A stretch of 64,000 nucleotides of DNA from NCBI GenBank assembly GCA_020725895.1, contig DYTO01000001.1, positions 30,894 to 94,893 on the forward strand. The letters are read 5' to 3'. The translations under genes and the position numbers were made by a program. This document shows positions 43,825-54,625 of the stretch, piece after piece. Each line of letters begins with the position of its first letter. Within the stretch, counting starts at the first letter, position 1. The DNA is from Candidatus Hadarchaeum sp. Its GTDB lineage: Archaea; Hadarchaeota; Hadarchaeia; Hadarchaeales; Hadarchaeaceae. The notes beneath the pieces are model-generated. The model ran no database searches. It saw nothing but the letters and a program-made list of their open reading frames with translations, and was not told where the DNA came from.

Positions 43825-44637
43825 ATGGTGGAGACCTTGGACCCCTCGAATCAAAAGCCTTTGAAAAAAATCCTGAGCGGGTTCGAGCGGGGGCGAAGAC
43901 CAAAGATAACCGCAAGACGGGCGTACATCTTGGGAGTTTTTTCATGTAAAGGCGGCGTCGGGAAGACAACGACCGCGGCCAACATCGGAACCGCGCTGGC
44001 GGAAAAATTGGGAGAAGGAATCCTCCTCGTCGAGGCAAATCTCTCCGCGCCAAACTTGGGGCTTCATCTGGGAATACTGGACGTAGAGACTAGCATGCAC
44101 GACGTCATGGCCGGAGCGGCCCCGATAGACAAAGCCATACACACCGTTGGAGGGAATTTGCAGGCCATACCTGGATCGCTCGCTTACGAGGAAGAAATCC
44201 ATTACGTGGATTTCAAAGCGAAGATCGAGCCGCTGAGAAGCAAATATAAGTTAATTATATTGGATGCGGGGCCAGGGCTCGGCGCAGAGGCGATTTCTTC
44301 GATAAAAGCAAGCGACGAGATGCTGATAGTCACGAATCCCGAAATCCCGACGATTGCGAGCACTCTCAGGACATTCAGGGCGGCCGAGCGATACAGGGTC
44401 CCGATAATGGGGACGGTGGTCAACAAGGTGCGCGGGAAGAATTACGAGGTTCCTCTTTCGGAGGTGAAAAAGAGCCTAGGCTGGCCGATTCTGATGTCTA
44501 TTCCGGACGATGAAAAGGTGAGGGAAAGTTTGACCGCCGGGGTGCCAGTAGTCAAATTCGCTCCTAAATCTTCTGCGGCGCGCGCCTTCAACGAACTAGC
44601 TGAGCGGATTTACGAGAAGCTAGGTTCCAAACTTTAA
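43825..44637 (+). CDS. minD: MinD/ParA-family ATPase, paralog 3 of 3
   Basis: ILGVFSCKGGVGKTTT deviant Walker A, ILDAGPG Walker B. 270 aa. Confidence 0.8.
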   Translation: MVETLDPSNQKPLKKILSGFERGRRPKITARRAYILGVFSCKGGVGKTTTAANIGTALAEKLGEGILLVEANLSAPNLGLHLGILDVETSMHDVMAGAAPIDKAIHTVGGNLQAIPGSLAYEEEIHYVDFKAKIEPLRSKYKLIILDAGPGLGAEAISSIKASDEMLIVTNPEIPTIASTLRTFRAAERYRVPIMGTVVNKVRGKNYEVPLSEVKKSLGWPILMSIPDDEKVRESLTAGVPVVKFAPKSSAARAFNELAERIYEKLGSKL

Positions 44638-44897
44638 CCCACTTTGTAGACTAGGTCCCCTTGTCGGCAGCGCTGCTCCGATTTCATCCCCACAGCCTGC
44701 CCCGGGCCCGCGTTTTGCACGTTCGCATGCTCAATCTGCATGGATTCGACTTTCTGCGCGTAATTGGAAGTCGGCCCCTCGACAGAGATCTTGTCGCCAA
44801 CTTTCAACTCGTCAGACAACTCTATCACGCAAACCCCGATCTTCGTGAAATAGTGGGTTATTTTTCCAACCAGCTTCTTTTCACCCTGTGTTTGCAC
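44634..44897 (-). CDS. small beta-barrel protein resembling EF-Tu domain 2
   Basis: GKITHYFTKIGVCVIELSDELKVGDKISVEG...ESMQIEHANVQNAGPGQAVGMK...QGDLVYK follows the EF-Tu/EF-1A domain-2 pattern. 87 aa. Confidence 0.45.
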   Translation of the reverse strand: MQTQGEKKLVGKITHYFTKIGVCVIELSDELKVGDKISVEGPTSNYAQKVESMQIEHANVQNAGPGQAVGMKSEQRCRQGDLVYKVG

Positions 44898-45035
44898 TCA
44901 CTTCACCGATTAACATTGAACTTTCAAGTTAAAAAATCTCTCGAATGTCACTACCGAGGCGCTCAATCAGTGCATCGACCATCAAGGGAAGTATTCTGGT
45001 TTGTCATTCAATTGAAAAAATTATCTGACGGAGCA

Positions 45036-45986
45036 TCAAAGTCTTTCAAGCAAAGAAAGCAACATGAGAGGTAAAGTAACTGTAGCATCCCCCTCAACAA
45101 CAACATGTTTTGCTTTCTCCTTTATTTTCCCCCAAGATATCGCCTCTCTTGTTTGAGCACCAGATAGGCTACCATCAAATTCTTGTGCGGAAGTTAAGTA
45201 AACAGCATAATCAAGCCCATTTTTGAAAGCGTTCCACCAGATAACATGGTGTTTGCTGATGCCGCCACCAATTATCAGTGCACCAGATTTTTTCGCGCCG
45301 AAAACTATGTCGGCGAGACCCTGCTGATCCTTGAACTGGTCGAGCTTGAGATCCTTGTGCTCCTGCCAGAAAAGCCACAGCTGGCTTCCGAAAGCGCCGT
45401 CGAATATCCCGGGGACGTAGACCGGGATCTTGTTTTTCCAGCACCAGTAGAGGATCGTGTCCTTGTTCGCCCGCTTCCCGAACTCCCAAATCAGATCAAC
45501 GCCAGAGAACTCTCGCTTCCCCTCATCCCAAAGCTCCTGCAGAATAGGCTGCATTTTTTCCTCAAGGATTAGCCCATAGCTCTCGTTCGGCACGAGCACG
45601 TTCCCCAGCCTGTTTATCCCATCGCGCCTCAGCTTGGCGTCGTCCAGCATGAAGTCGCCGTGATAGTAATCTTTCCATGAGCGGGCAAGGTCGTGGTCGA
45701 GCGTCCCGCACGTCGTCACAATCACGTCTGCGAGTTTTTCTTTCACGATGTCTCTGACGACTCCCCTGCATCCGGTCGCGATTATGCAAGCGGGGAAAGA
45801 CATGAATTTCACGCATTCCTTGTCGCGCGCCATCGATTCCAAGATATCGACGCCGATTCCAACTTTCTTCGCGACGAAGCCCCCGCCAGCGGTCATCTGG
45901 CGGACCAACTCGTCTGCGCCCATCCCTTTTCTGAGAGAGATATCCTTTACTGGAGTTTTCGCGGTTTTTTTCGGCATTCGCACCAA
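45036..45986 (-). CDS. dys: deoxyhypusine synthase
   Basis: GGGISKHHVIWWN active-site lysine motif, TSAQEFDGS. 316 aa. Confidence 0.85.
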   Translation of the reverse strand: MVRMPKKTAKTPVKDISLRKGMGADELVRQMTAGGGFVAKKVGIGVDILESMARDKECVKFMSFPACIIATGCRGVVRDIVKEKLADVIVTTCGTLDHDLARSWKDYYHGDFMLDDAKLRRDGINRLGNVLVPNESYGLILEEKMQPILQELWDEGKREFSGVDLIWEFGKRANKDTILYWCWKNKIPVYVPGIFDGAFGSQLWLFWQEHKDLKLDQFKDQQGLADIVFGAKKSGALIIGGGISKHHVIWWNAFKNGLDYAVYLTSAQEFDGSLSGAQTREAISWGKIKEKAKHVVVEGDATVTLPLMLLSLLERL

Positions 45987-46020
45987 TCAGCTTTGGCCTA
46001 CACCATAAAAGCTTCAGCGT

Positions 46021-46668
46021 TTGGCCAAAACAGAAATTTCAAAAGTCGTGGCAGAGATTGTTATTGAAGGTGAAATTGTGAAACTGGACGAACTGCTGGA
46101 AAAGCTGAACGACCTCAAACACTTGCCGAGAACGGGATGGCTTTTCGCTGGGGAATCCCTAAAAACGGTCGAGGACGTCGCCCAGCACTCTTTCGAAGTC
46201 GCAACAGTCACTCTATTGCTCTCTGACGAAATCGAACGCGCCGGAATTAGGATAGACAAGGGCCGCGCAATATCGATGGCGGTGATGCACGACTGGGCGG
46301 AGTCTCTTGTCACGGATTTTCCCTATCCAGCAGTCAAGTACCTCGAGTCGGCGAGGGTAAAGACTTCGATGGAGGACAAGGCATTCATTGCGCTTTTGGG
46401 CAAGAACAAAATTTTCCTTGAACTCTGGGATGAGTATCGCGGCAAAAAGACATTGGAATCCAAGCTCGTGCACGCGGCAGACTACATCTCGCTTCTCGTG
46501 CAGGCGGTCAAATATCGTGAAAAGGGAAACAGGTCGCATGAGCTAGAAAATCTCTGGCGAGCGGTGAAAAGGGATCTTGGGCCGTACGTCCGGGAGTTCC
46601 CTGTCGTGAAGAAGTTGGTCGCGGATCTGAACAAAAGATATCAAAAACTGACTTCTAGGCGAGGCTGA
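46021..46668 (+). CDS. HD-domain phosphohydrolase (YfbR-like 5'-nucleotidase family)
   Basis: LPRTGW, HSFEVATV, MAVMHDWAE, HAADY: H...HD...D metal ligands. Confidence 0.7.
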   Translation: MAKTEISKVVAEIVIEGEIVKLDELLEKLNDLKHLPRTGWLFAGESLKTVEDVAQHSFEVATVTLLLSDEIERAGIRIDKGRAISMAVMHDWAESLVTDFPYPAVKYLESARVKTSMEDKAFIALLGKNKIFLELWDEYRGKKTLESKLVHAADYISLLVQAVKYREKGNRSHELENLWRAVKRDLGPYVREFPVVKKLVADLNKRYQKLTSRRG

Positions 46669-46811
46669 TTTTTCTCAGAGTCGTGCCGCGAGACACCAGG
46701 GCGCCCATCGCACGGACCGCCCTGTTCGGTTCAGGATAGCAGGGTACGTGTTAAGTAGACGTAACTGAAACAGACGGCAAAATAAGAATAAACGTGATGA
46801 GCTGAGCGAAG

Positions 46812-48761
46812 CTATTTCGCCCTTTTGATTTCTTCCACGGCCTCGGGGTTCGCCAGTGTCGAGATGTCACCCGGAACCTCACCGATTGCCACGGCCTTTA
46901 TGATCCTTCGCATGATCTTCCCGCTCCTTGTCTTTGGAACGTCCGGCACGAACAGGATTTCGTCGGGCCGCGCGATTTTGCCGATTTCCCTTGACACGTG
47001 CTCCTTGAGCTCCTTTTTCAGTGCCTCGTCCGCCGCAATCCCCTGCTTCGTTACCACGAACGCGACGATGGACTCCCCCTTGACTTCATGCGGTTTCCCG
47101 ATCACGGCCGCTTCGGCGACTTTGGCATGGCTGACGAGCGCCGATTCGATTTCAGAATTGCCGATCCTGTGGCCGGCGACCTTGAGGATGTCGTCCGCCC
47201 TTCCCTGGACCCAGAAGTAGCCGTCCTCGTCCTTGCGCCCCATGTCGCCAGTTAGGTATATCGCCGGGTACTTGCCCCAGTATGTGTTCTGGTACCTCTC
47301 CGGGTCCTTGTAGATGCCGCGAAGCATCGCAGGCCATGGTGAAAGCAAGACTACGGAGCCGCCGGCGTTCGTGAGAGAATTTCCCCTATCGTCGAAGACG
47401 TCGGCCGAGTATCCCGGCAGGGGTTTCGTCGCCGAGCCGGGCTTGAGCGGAGTTATCGGCAGAGGCGAGATGCAGAAAGAACCCGTCTCGGTCTGCCACC
47501 ACGTGTCCATTATCGGGCATCGCTCCGCGCCGATGTTCTTGTAGTACCAGACCCAGGCCTCCGGGTTTATCGGTTCCCCGACGGAGCCGAGAAGCCTCAG
47601 GGTGCTCATGTTCCTCTTTTTCGGCCATTCGTCTCCCATCCTCATGTGCGCCCTTATGGACGTTGGTGACGTGTAGAAAACAGAGACATTGTATTTCTCG
47701 ATTATCTCCCACCACCTGTCTGGTTCTGGGAATGCCGGAGCGCCCTCGTACATCACCGATGTGACCCCGAGCATCAGCGGCGCGTAAACGATGTAGCTGT
47801 GCCCGGTGACCCAGCCGATGTCAGCGGCGCACCACCAGACATCATCGTCCTTCAGGTCGAAGACCGTCTTGAGAGTCCAGTATGTCGCGACGGCATAGCC
47901 TCCGTGAACGTGCAGGATTCCTTTTGGTTTACCCGTGGTGCCGGAAGTGTAGAGGATGTAGATGAGGTCTTCCGGGTCCAACTCTTCCGTCTTCGCCTCC
48001 GTTGGCTGCGTTTTTGTTATCTCGCCCCACCAGATGTCGCGCCCCGGCTTCATCGCGACGTTCCCGCCAGTCCTCCTGACGACTATCATTTTTTCCACGG
48101 TCGGGGCATTCTCAAGAGCCTCGTCCGCGTTCTTCTTTATTGGGACTATTCCTCCGCGCCTGTATGTCTCGTCGCAGGTTATCAGGATCTTCGCGCCAGC
48201 ATCGTTTATCCTATCCTGCAAGCCCTTGACGCTGAACCCAGAGAAGACGACGCTGTGGACGGCGCCCATCTTCGCGCAGGCGAGCATCGCGATTGGCAGT
48301 TCGGGTATCATCGGCAGATAGATCCCGACGCGGTCCCCCCTCTTGACCCCGAGACTCTTCAAGGCGTTGGCTAGCCTGTTCACCTCCTCGTAGAGTTGAG
48401 CGTAAGTTATATTCCTGACGTCCCCGGGTTCGCCTTCCCAGATGTACGCGATTTTGTCTTTATTCTTCGTCTTCATGTGCCGGTCAACGGCGTTGTAGGT
48501 TATGTTGAACTTGCCGCCGACGAACCACTTGGCATATGGCGGCGCCCATTCGAGGACCTTGCTCCACGGCCTGAACCATTCGAGCTCTTTTGCCACCTCG
48601 TCCCAGTACCAGTCAAGATCCTGGGACTTTTCTAGCAGCTCCTCGTAGCTCCCTATCCCGTGCTTATCCATCCACTGCTTTATGTTGCTCTTTTCAACTA
48701 GCCCCTTGGGCGGGTTGAACACCCTTTGCTCCTTGAGCAGAACGTCGAGAGTTGTAGCCAT
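46812..48761 (-). CDS. acs: acetyl-CoA synthetase (AMP-forming)
   Basis: [28 protein letters not shown]. 649 aa. Confidence 0.9.
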   Translation of the reverse strand: MATTLDVLLKEQRVFNPPKGLVEKSNIKQWMDKHGIGSYEELLEKSQDLDWYWDEVAKELEWFRPWSKVLEWAPPYAKWFVGGKFNITYNAVDRHMKTKNKDKIAYIWEGEPGDVRNITYAQLYEEVNRLANALKSLGVKRGDRVGIYLPMIPELPIAMLACAKMGAVHSVVFSGFSVKGLQDRINDAGAKILITCDETYRRGGIVPIKKNADEALENAPTVEKMIVVRRTGGNVAMKPGRDIWWGEITKTQPTEAKTEELDPEDLIYILYTSGTTGKPKGILHVHGGYAVATYWTLKTVFDLKDDDVWWCAADIGWVTGHSYIVYAPLMLGVTSVMYEGAPAFPEPDRWWEIIEKYNVSVFYTSPTSIRAHMRMGDEWPKKRNMSTLRLLGSVGEPINPEAWVWYYKNIGAERCPIMDTWWQTETGSFCISPLPITPLKPGSATKPLPGYSADVFDDRGNSLTNAGGSVVLLSPWPAMLRGIYKDPERYQNTYWGKYPAIYLTGDMGRKDEDGYFWVQGRADDILKVAGHRIGNSEIESALVSHAKVAEAAVIGKPHEVKGESIVAFVVTKQGIAADEALKKELKEHVSREIGKIARPDEILFVPDVPKTRSGKIMRRIIKAVAIGEVPGDISTLANPEAVEEIKRAK

Positions 48762-48796
48762 TGTTTCACTAAACCTTCAAACAGGGGGAAATAAAA

Positions 48797-49117
48797 CTAT
48801 TTTTTCTTGTTTTTAGCTAGCCCCTTGAAGCCTTTTTTCTTCAACGTCTGTTTTATCTCTTCGTCTGTTATCGGTTTTGGCATGGGGACGGGTGATGTCT
48901 TCACTAGCTCCGGTTTTATCGCCGCGATTATCTTTCCCGCGGCAGTCGTCAACAGAAGCACGATGGCCACGACATATATCGCTTCCAGGCCAAGAAGGGT
49001 CCCGATCACGATGGAGACCATGACAACCCAAAGCCCCAGAGTCGTCGCGAGCCCCATCGTGTACCATGGCCGCCGCCTGAATAGCGAGATGAACCTTCCG
49101 CCGAAACCCACGAGCAT
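48797..49117 (-). CDS. small membrane protein with basic C-terminal tail, hypothetical
   Basis: 106 aa; 2 TM helices; KKKGFKGLAKNKKK tail. Confidence 0.4.
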   Translation of the reverse strand: MLVGFGGRFISLFRRRPWYTMGLATTLGLWVVMVSIVIGTLLGLEAIYVVAIVLLLTTAAGKIIAAIKPELVKTSPVPMPKPITDEEIKQTLKKKGFKGLAKNKKK

Positions 49118-49197
49118 GGCCTCGAGCCCAAACGCGATAGATCCGATGAGGAGGATTAAGTAAAGTATCAGGTTCGCCGTTTTTCCACCATTCCAAA

Positions 49198-49848
49198 TCA
49201 GGCTCTTTTATTAAGTGCTTGTCGCCCGAATTTGCAGAATTCGTTCAGCTCGCAAATCCCGCATTTCGGGTTTCTCGGGAGGCATTTTTCGCGCCCGAAG
49301 AGGACCAATCCTCTGTTAACGATTCTCCAATCTTTTCTGCCGAAAATTTTCTGGAGCAATCCTCCGACTTCCTCGAGTTTCACCGGGCCGTCAACCAGGC
49401 CGATCCTCCTGCTTATCCTGTTCACGTGGACGTCCACCGGGATGCAAGGTATTCCAAAACCATAGCAGAGCGTTATGTCGGCAGTCTTGGGGCCGACGCC
49501 AGGCAATTTCATCAACTCCTCTCGATTGGAAGGGACGTTGTCGCCGTTCTCCAAAATCGCCCCGCATATCTGCAAAATGTTTTTCGCCTTTTGCTTGGCG
49601 AGCCCCGCGGCCTTTATCAGCCTTTGCAGCTCTTCAAGAGGTATTTTCGATATCCCTTCCGGTGTCGATGCCACCGAGAAGAGTGATTTTGACGCAATCG
49701 CAGTATTTTCCTCTCGCGTGCGCTGGGAGAGAACGCAGCTTATCAGGACCTTGAACGGGTTTTCAGGAATACCCTTTTCAATTTCGTGGCCGTACCTCCC
49801 GTGCAAAAAAAGCGCCGTTTTTTCGGCTGCAGAGATTCTTGAGTTCAT
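49198..49848 (-). CDS. nth: endonuclease III (HhH-GPD DNA glycosylase with 4Fe-4S cluster)
   Basis: HhH LPGVGPKTAD, catalytic lysine/aspartate region, C-terminal CLPRNPKCGICELNEFC. Confidence 0.85.
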   Translation of the reverse strand: MNSRISAAEKTALFLHGRYGHEIEKGIPENPFKVLISCVLSQRTREENTAIASKSLFSVASTPEGISKIPLEELQRLIKAAGLAKQKAKNILQICGAILENGDNVPSNREELMKLPGVGPKTADITLCYGFGIPCIPVDVHVNRISRRIGLVDGPVKLEEVGGLLQKIFGRKDWRIVNRGLVLFGREKCLPRNPKCGICELNEFCKFGRQALNKRA

Positions 49849-49859
49849 GTTTTACCCGG

Positions 49860-50234
49860 TCAACCCTCTTCGGGTTCTATGACGTAGTATGCACCGAGGG
49901 TCTCGCTGATCGTCTTCGCAAGGGCGTGGTAGCACATGTCCACGTCTGCCTTTTCCGTCGTTATGTTCATGACATAGTCACGGCACGTGCAGAAGTATTT
50001 CACAACCTCGTACTCATCGCCCTTCCCCCTCACGTACCAGCGCTTCCCCCTCTTGATTACGCGCCTCCCCTTCACGGCCTCCAGCGCTCTCTTCCCCCGA
50101 CCGCCATAAACGTCGTCTATCATGTGTTCCAGCTCCGGGGTGATTATCTCCCCTGGCTTGAGCATCTTGAAGAGCTCGGCCCTGCCTCGCAAAAACGCGT
50201 TCGAAACCATCCATACACCATATTTTTCTCGCAA
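49860..50234 (-). CDS. small SWIM-type zinc-finger protein, hypothetical
   Basis: CTCRDYV...CYHAL is a CxC...CxH SWIM motif. 124 aa; the track uses a TTG start. Confidence 0.4.
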   Translation of the reverse strand: MREKYGVWMVSNAFLRGRAELFKMLKPGEIITPELEHMIDDVYGGRGKRALEAVKGRRVIKRGKRWYVRGKGDEYEVVKYFCTCRDYVMNITTEKADVDMCYHALAKTISETLGAYYVIEPEEG

Positions 50235-50258
50235 CGGGGGATATTAGAGCTTGATGGT

Positions 50259-51083
50259 ATGGGAATCCAGAAAACTTTGGAAGGCTACGGCGTGCGGTTG
50301 AACAAGAGGGCGGGGCAGTATCTGGTCATCGACGACGCGCTTCTCGACAGGCTCGCGGGGTACGCGGATGTCTCGAAAGAGGACACAGTCCTTGAAGTAG
50401 GGACCGGGGTCGGGAACCTCACGGAGAGGCTTGCGACGCGCGCGAAAAAAGTGATATCGATCGAACGCGACGAGAGGCTCTTGAAGGTCGCCAAGGAAAA
50501 CCTCGCGAAATGTACGAACGTGACTCTCATCCACGGGGACGCCACAAGCGTCAGGCTCCCGGTTTTCAACAAGGTCGTGGCGAACCTTCCGTACGGGATC
50601 TCCTCTGAGATAACTTTCAGGCTTCTGGAGAAGAAATTCGATGTCGCCGTCCTGATGTACCAGAAAGAGTTCGCCGAAAGGCTGGTGGCAAAGCCCGGGA
50701 CTGCGGATTACGGGCGACTGACTGTGACGCTCCAATACCGCGCCGAGGCCGAGATACTTGAGAAAATCCCACCTGAAGTTTTCATCCCCCGGCCTGAGGT
50801 TTTTTCAGCGGTCGTGAGGCTCAGACCGAGGGAGCCGCCATTCAAGGTCAAAAACGAGCGCTTCTTCCTCAAAGTCGTCCGGGCGCTCTTCCAGCACAGG
50901 AGGCAGAGGGTGAGGAATTCCCTGCTGCGTTCTTTTGAACAGGTCTTCAGGGAAAAGAATCTTACCAAACCCGAGAAGAGGAAAAAAATCGACGAAAGGC
51001 TCCCAAAGGAAATTTTAGAATCGAAAGTTTTCGAACTCACTCCGGAAAAATTCGGTGAGATCGCCGACCTTGTTATGGATTGA
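50259..51083 (+). CDS. ksgA: 16S rRNA (adenine1518/1519-N6)-dimethyltransferase KsgA/Dim1
   Basis: GQYLVID, LEVGTGVGNLT (SAM motif I), NLPYGISSEI. Starts at internal ATG 50259; the N-terminal 140 codons of the track ORF are antisense to the SWIM ORF. Confidence 0.85.
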   Translation: MGIQKTLEGYGVRLNKRAGQYLVIDDALLDRLAGYADVSKEDTVLEVGTGVGNLTERLATRAKKVISIERDERLLKVAKENLAKCTNVTLIHGDATSVRLPVFNKVVANLPYGISSEITFRLLEKKFDVAVLMYQKEFAERLVAKPGTADYGRLTVTLQYRAEAEILEKIPPEVFIPRPEVFSAVVRLRPREPPFKVKNERFFLKVVRALFQHRRQRVRNSLLRSFEQVFREKNLTKPEKRKKIDERLPKEILESKVFELTPEKFGEIADLVMD

Positions 51084-53273
51084 TCAAGGCTCGAAGAACT
51101 CGCTCGGCTGCGGGACCTCAAGCTTCAGACCCTTGCGCTTGCGGGTGTCTCGCACGACTTGGTCCTGAAGTTCCCTTGGCAACCTGTCGAACTTTTCGAA
51201 CTCCGTCGCCCATATCGCGCGCCCCTCCGTCTCGGACCTGAGCTCGGCAGCGAGACCGAATGAGTTTGCGACAGGCATGTTAGCTTTCAGGATTGCTATG
51301 TCCTCGTCGGTCTCCATGTTGACGATCTTCCCGCGCCTGCCCTGGATGACCTTCGTTGCCCCGCCCATGAACTCCTGCGGGACCCTGACTTCAAGCTTCA
51401 GGATAGGCTCCAGTATCATCGGCTCCGCAAGCAAGAAGCTCGCTTGTATCGGGCGCCTGACCGCCGGCAATATCTGCGCAGGCCCTCTGTGGACCGAGTC
51501 CTCGTGAAGCACAGCGTCCTCAAGCATGATTTTCATCCCCCTGCTCGGCTCTCTCATCAGCGGCCCCTCGTCAACAACGTTCTGGAATGCTTCCACCAAG
51601 TGGTCCTCGATCTCCCTCAGGTACTGGACACCTTTCGTCATGTCCACGAGCATGTTCGGCCCGCTTATCGTGATTATGTTTCTGGCGGCGTGGGTTTCCC
51701 ATCCCAAGTCCCTGAGCACGGCTGCGCGCTCCTTCCTCTCCTGGTCGTTTGTTATCTTCTTCTCCTCGATTGCGGCGACCACTTCCGGCGCCAATGGCTC
51801 CACGGAAATCTGGAACCGGTTGTGGCGGTTCGGTGACTTTCCTTCCACCGGCCCACCTTTCTTGGTGATAGTTTCCCTGTACACGACGAGCGGCGGGGAA
51901 GTCTTGACCTCGAGCCCCGCCTCTTTCAGCTTGTACTCTACAATCTCCAGGTGGACCTCGCCCATTCCGGAAACCAAATATTCCCCAGTCTCCTCGTTTA
52001 TCTTGACGCGGATGTTCGGGTCCTCCCTCGCGATCTTTTTGAGCCTGTCTATGAGTTTCGGAAGCTCCTGGAAGTTCTTCGGCTCGACGGCCACCGTGAC
52101 CACAGGCTCGCTGATGTACCGGATGTCCTCGAAGCCCTTCGCCTCTATTCCCTCGCTGACGATCGTCTCGCCGACCTGCGCCCCCTTCATGCCTATGAGC
52201 GCGGCTATGTTGCCAGCAGGTATCTTTTCGACAATCACCCTGTCGGCACCCATGTAGACTGAGACCTGCTGGATTTTCGAGTCCTGCTTTGCGTTAAGCA
52301 GCCTGACAGACTTCCCTTTCTCAACAGTCCCCGAGAAGACTCTCCCCGTGGAAATGACACCCGCCTGTTCGTCGACTATTATATCGGTTATCACCATGCA
52401 AATCGGGCCACTCTGGTCCGATTTTAACATCGATTGGCCGAGCGGGCTTGTTATGTCTCCTTTCCAGATTGTCGATATCCTTGCCTCCTGCGCCTGCTTC
52501 GGGTTGGGCAGGTGCCTTATGACCATGTCGAGGATGACCTCATACACTGGGCTTTTCTTAGCCAAGTCCTCCGGCTTGCCCGTCGTGTAAGCGTCGATTA
52601 TGTCCTTGAAAGTCATGTTCTTCTTCTTCATCTGCGGGACGGAGAGCGCCCACTTCTCCTTCGCCGAGCCGAATACAACTGAGCCGTTCTCGACGTTGAC
52701 GGCCCACTTCTCCCCGACGTCCTTCGGGGCGAACCTCCTGATCAGCTCGTTGAATTTCATGATTAGCTTTATGAACTTTTGCTGCATCCCTTCCGGCGTC
52801 AGCCTGAGCTCACTGATGAGCCTGTCTACCTTGTTTATGTAGAGGACCGGGCGCGTCCTCTCCGAGAGAGCCTGTCTGACCACGGTCTCCGTCTGCGGCA
52901 TCACACCTTCAACTGCGTCCACGACAACGACGGCGCCGTCGATCGCGCGGAGCGCCCTAGCCACGTCTCCGCTGAAGTCGACGTGCCCCGGAGTGTCAAG
53001 GAGGTTGACGAGGTAGTCCTTCCCCTCGAGATGGTGGAGAAGGCTGACGGCCGACGTCTGGACGGTTATGCCGCGCTGCTGCTCGATCTCCAGGTAGTCC
53101 GTGAAAAGCTGGTCTCCCGCGAGTTCGAAGCTTATGATCCCCGACGCCGCGACGAGAGAGTCCGAAAGAGTTGTCTTGCCGTGGTCGACGTGGGCGATTA
53201 TTCCAATATTTCTGATGAAGTCCTGCTGCCACATCAGCTTCTGCACATCGTCAACGTGCTTGTATCTTCGCAT
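51084..53273 (-). CDS. fusA: translation elongation factor 2 (aEF-2)
   Basis: IAHVDHGKTTLSD G1 motif, DTPGHVDF, GTPase plus domains II-V. 729 aa. Confidence 0.95.
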   Translation of the reverse strand: MRRYKHVDDVQKLMWQQDFIRNIGIIAHVDHGKTTLSDSLVAASGIISFELAGDQLFTDYLEIEQQRGITVQTSAVSLLHHLEGKDYLVNLLDTPGHVDFSGDVARALRAIDGAVVVVDAVEGVMPQTETVVRQALSERTRPVLYINKVDRLISELRLTPEGMQQKFIKLIMKFNELIRRFAPKDVGEKWAVNVENGSVVFGSAKEKWALSVPQMKKKNMTFKDIIDAYTTGKPEDLAKKSPVYEVILDMVIRHLPNPKQAQEARISTIWKGDITSPLGQSMLKSDQSGPICMVITDIIVDEQAGVISTGRVFSGTVEKGKSVRLLNAKQDSKIQQVSVYMGADRVIVEKIPAGNIAALIGMKGAQVGETIVSEGIEAKGFEDIRYISEPVVTVAVEPKNFQELPKLIDRLKKIAREDPNIRVKINEETGEYLVSGMGEVHLEIVEYKLKEAGLEVKTSPPLVVYRETITKKGGPVEGKSPNRHNRFQISVEPLAPEVVAAIEEKKITNDQERKERAAVLRDLGWETHAARNIITISGPNMLVDMTKGVQYLREIEDHLVEAFQNVVDEGPLMREPSRGMKIMLEDAVLHEDSVHRGPAQILPAVRRPIQASFLLAEPMILEPILKLEVRVPQEFMGGATKVIQGRRGKIVNMETDEDIAILKANMPVANSFGLAAELRSETEGRAIWATEFEKFDRLPRELQDQVVRDTRKRKGLKLEVPQPSEFFEP

Positions 53274-53326
53274 CGTATCCCTTGATGTTACTACTTATGG
53301 TATAAAAACGGGCATGTGCGGCAATA

Positions 53327-54547
53327 TCAGGGCGAATTCAATCTCTCCTTTCTCGCCAATGTGTACGAGGATATCGAGGTGATGCCCGGCATCAGGGCCG
53401 ATTCGTTCTCACCTTTTTCCTTCTTGGTGGCCTGGAACTCCTCAGGGATGTCCTTAGGCAGCTGCCCGACGCCTATCGTGTTGCCTATTCCGGCGACTAT
53501 CACGGTTTCGCCCGGCTTGATGCGCTCCAGTATCGACTGCTTGACCATCTCGGACGCGCGCTTGGCCCCCTTGGCGAGGTCGCTGTGCATCGGTTTTATC
53601 GCCTCCGTGAATGATTCCTTGATCACCATCGCGTCGACGGGGATTTTCATCTTCGTCGCGATCTCCTCGATCTTGTACTTCTCCGTCGGCGGGCCGCCTA
53701 TCGCCGCGCCAACTCCTTCTATAACGTCGCCGCTCCTCTCGCCCTCTAGCTTCCCTGCGGCGTCGATCATGAGAATGCGGTTGATCTTCCTCCTCTTCGC
53801 GAGGTACTGAATGAGCTCACCCGGCTTCCCCACGCGGCCACCAGGACCCTTCGCCTTAACGACGATCACCTTGCGCCTGTCGATGACGGTCTCGGCGTAG
53901 ACCGTGTCCTCGACCGGTTCCTTCCACCCGTCCTTCTGGACCAGGTAGGCTGCGACGAGCGGGCCCACGCCATCGCCTATTGGCTTGCCATCCGCGAATG
54001 CCTTTGTCGCCTCAACGAAGCTCTTCGCCATCTCCCGGATGAACGGGAGGTTCATCTGGATGACCATAGTGAGTTGTATGTTCTTCGTCTTGTCGGCGAG
54101 AATCATGAAGTGACGCATCAGCCTGTGAAGCATGTGGCTTGCCATCGCCCCCTCTATCGCCATCTCTATGTTGGCGGCGGCCTCGGGGTCGGCGTTCGGG
54201 ACCAGCCTCTCCACGGCCTTTTCGAATCTCTTGTTCCTGACGTCGATGATGTGTTCGAGGCGGTTGATCACTCCTGCGGGGTCGGCGCTGACCGGTTCTA
54301 TCGCGAAGAATTCCAGGAAGTTGTCGAACTCCTTCTCCACGTCCCGCTTGGTTTTCCCGTGCTTTGTGATCGCCTTCAGAGCGATGCCCCGGCTCTCCTT
54401 GGCCCAGGTCTCTAGCTCGTTCACGGATTTCCTGAGCTGGCCCATCCCCATCCTGGCAATCATCTTCGTCTGGTAAGGGATGAGGAAGAAACTTATCACA
54501 AATATCAGGACGTATATCAAGGGGAATATGAAATCGGGTTCCGCCAT
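53327..54547 (-). CDS. conserved archaeal membrane-anchored protein of unknown function (possibly DUF1512-like)
   Basis: 406 aa. N-terminal TM IFPLIYVLIFVISFFLI, then a soluble alpha/beta region with glycine-rich VIVVKAKGPGGRVGKPG. No catalytic motif recognised. Confidence 0.45.
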   Translation of the reverse strand: MAEPDFIFPLIYVLIFVISFFLIPYQTKMIARMGMGQLRKSVNELETWAKESRGIALKAITKHGKTKRDVEKEFDNFLEFFAIEPVSADPAGVINRLEHIIDVRNKRFEKAVERLVPNADPEAAANIEMAIEGAMASHMLHRLMRHFMILADKTKNIQLTMVIQMNLPFIREMAKSFVEATKAFADGKPIGDGVGPLVAAYLVQKDGWKEPVEDTVYAETVIDRRKVIVVKAKGPGGRVGKPGELIQYLAKRRKINRILMIDAAGKLEGERSGDVIEGVGAAIGGPPTEKYKIEEIATKMKIPVDAMVIKESFTEAIKPMHSDLAKGAKRASEMVKQSILERIKPGETVIVAGIGNTIGVGQLPKDIPEEFQATKKEKGENESALMPGITSISSYTLARKERLNSP

Positions 54548-54592
54548 GTTATCGAATACACTATTTTTGGTGTCTTAAAAGTATCTCGCAAG

Positions 54593-54600
54593 GGTTTAAG
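54593..54600 (+). promoter_or_regulatory. TATA-box-like element (tttaagat) about 26 bp upstream of tRNA-Leu
   Basis: Spacing and composition typical of archaeal tRNA promoters. Confidence 0.3.
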
Positions 54601-54625
54601 ATTGAGCGAGGATAATTTTTCCGTT

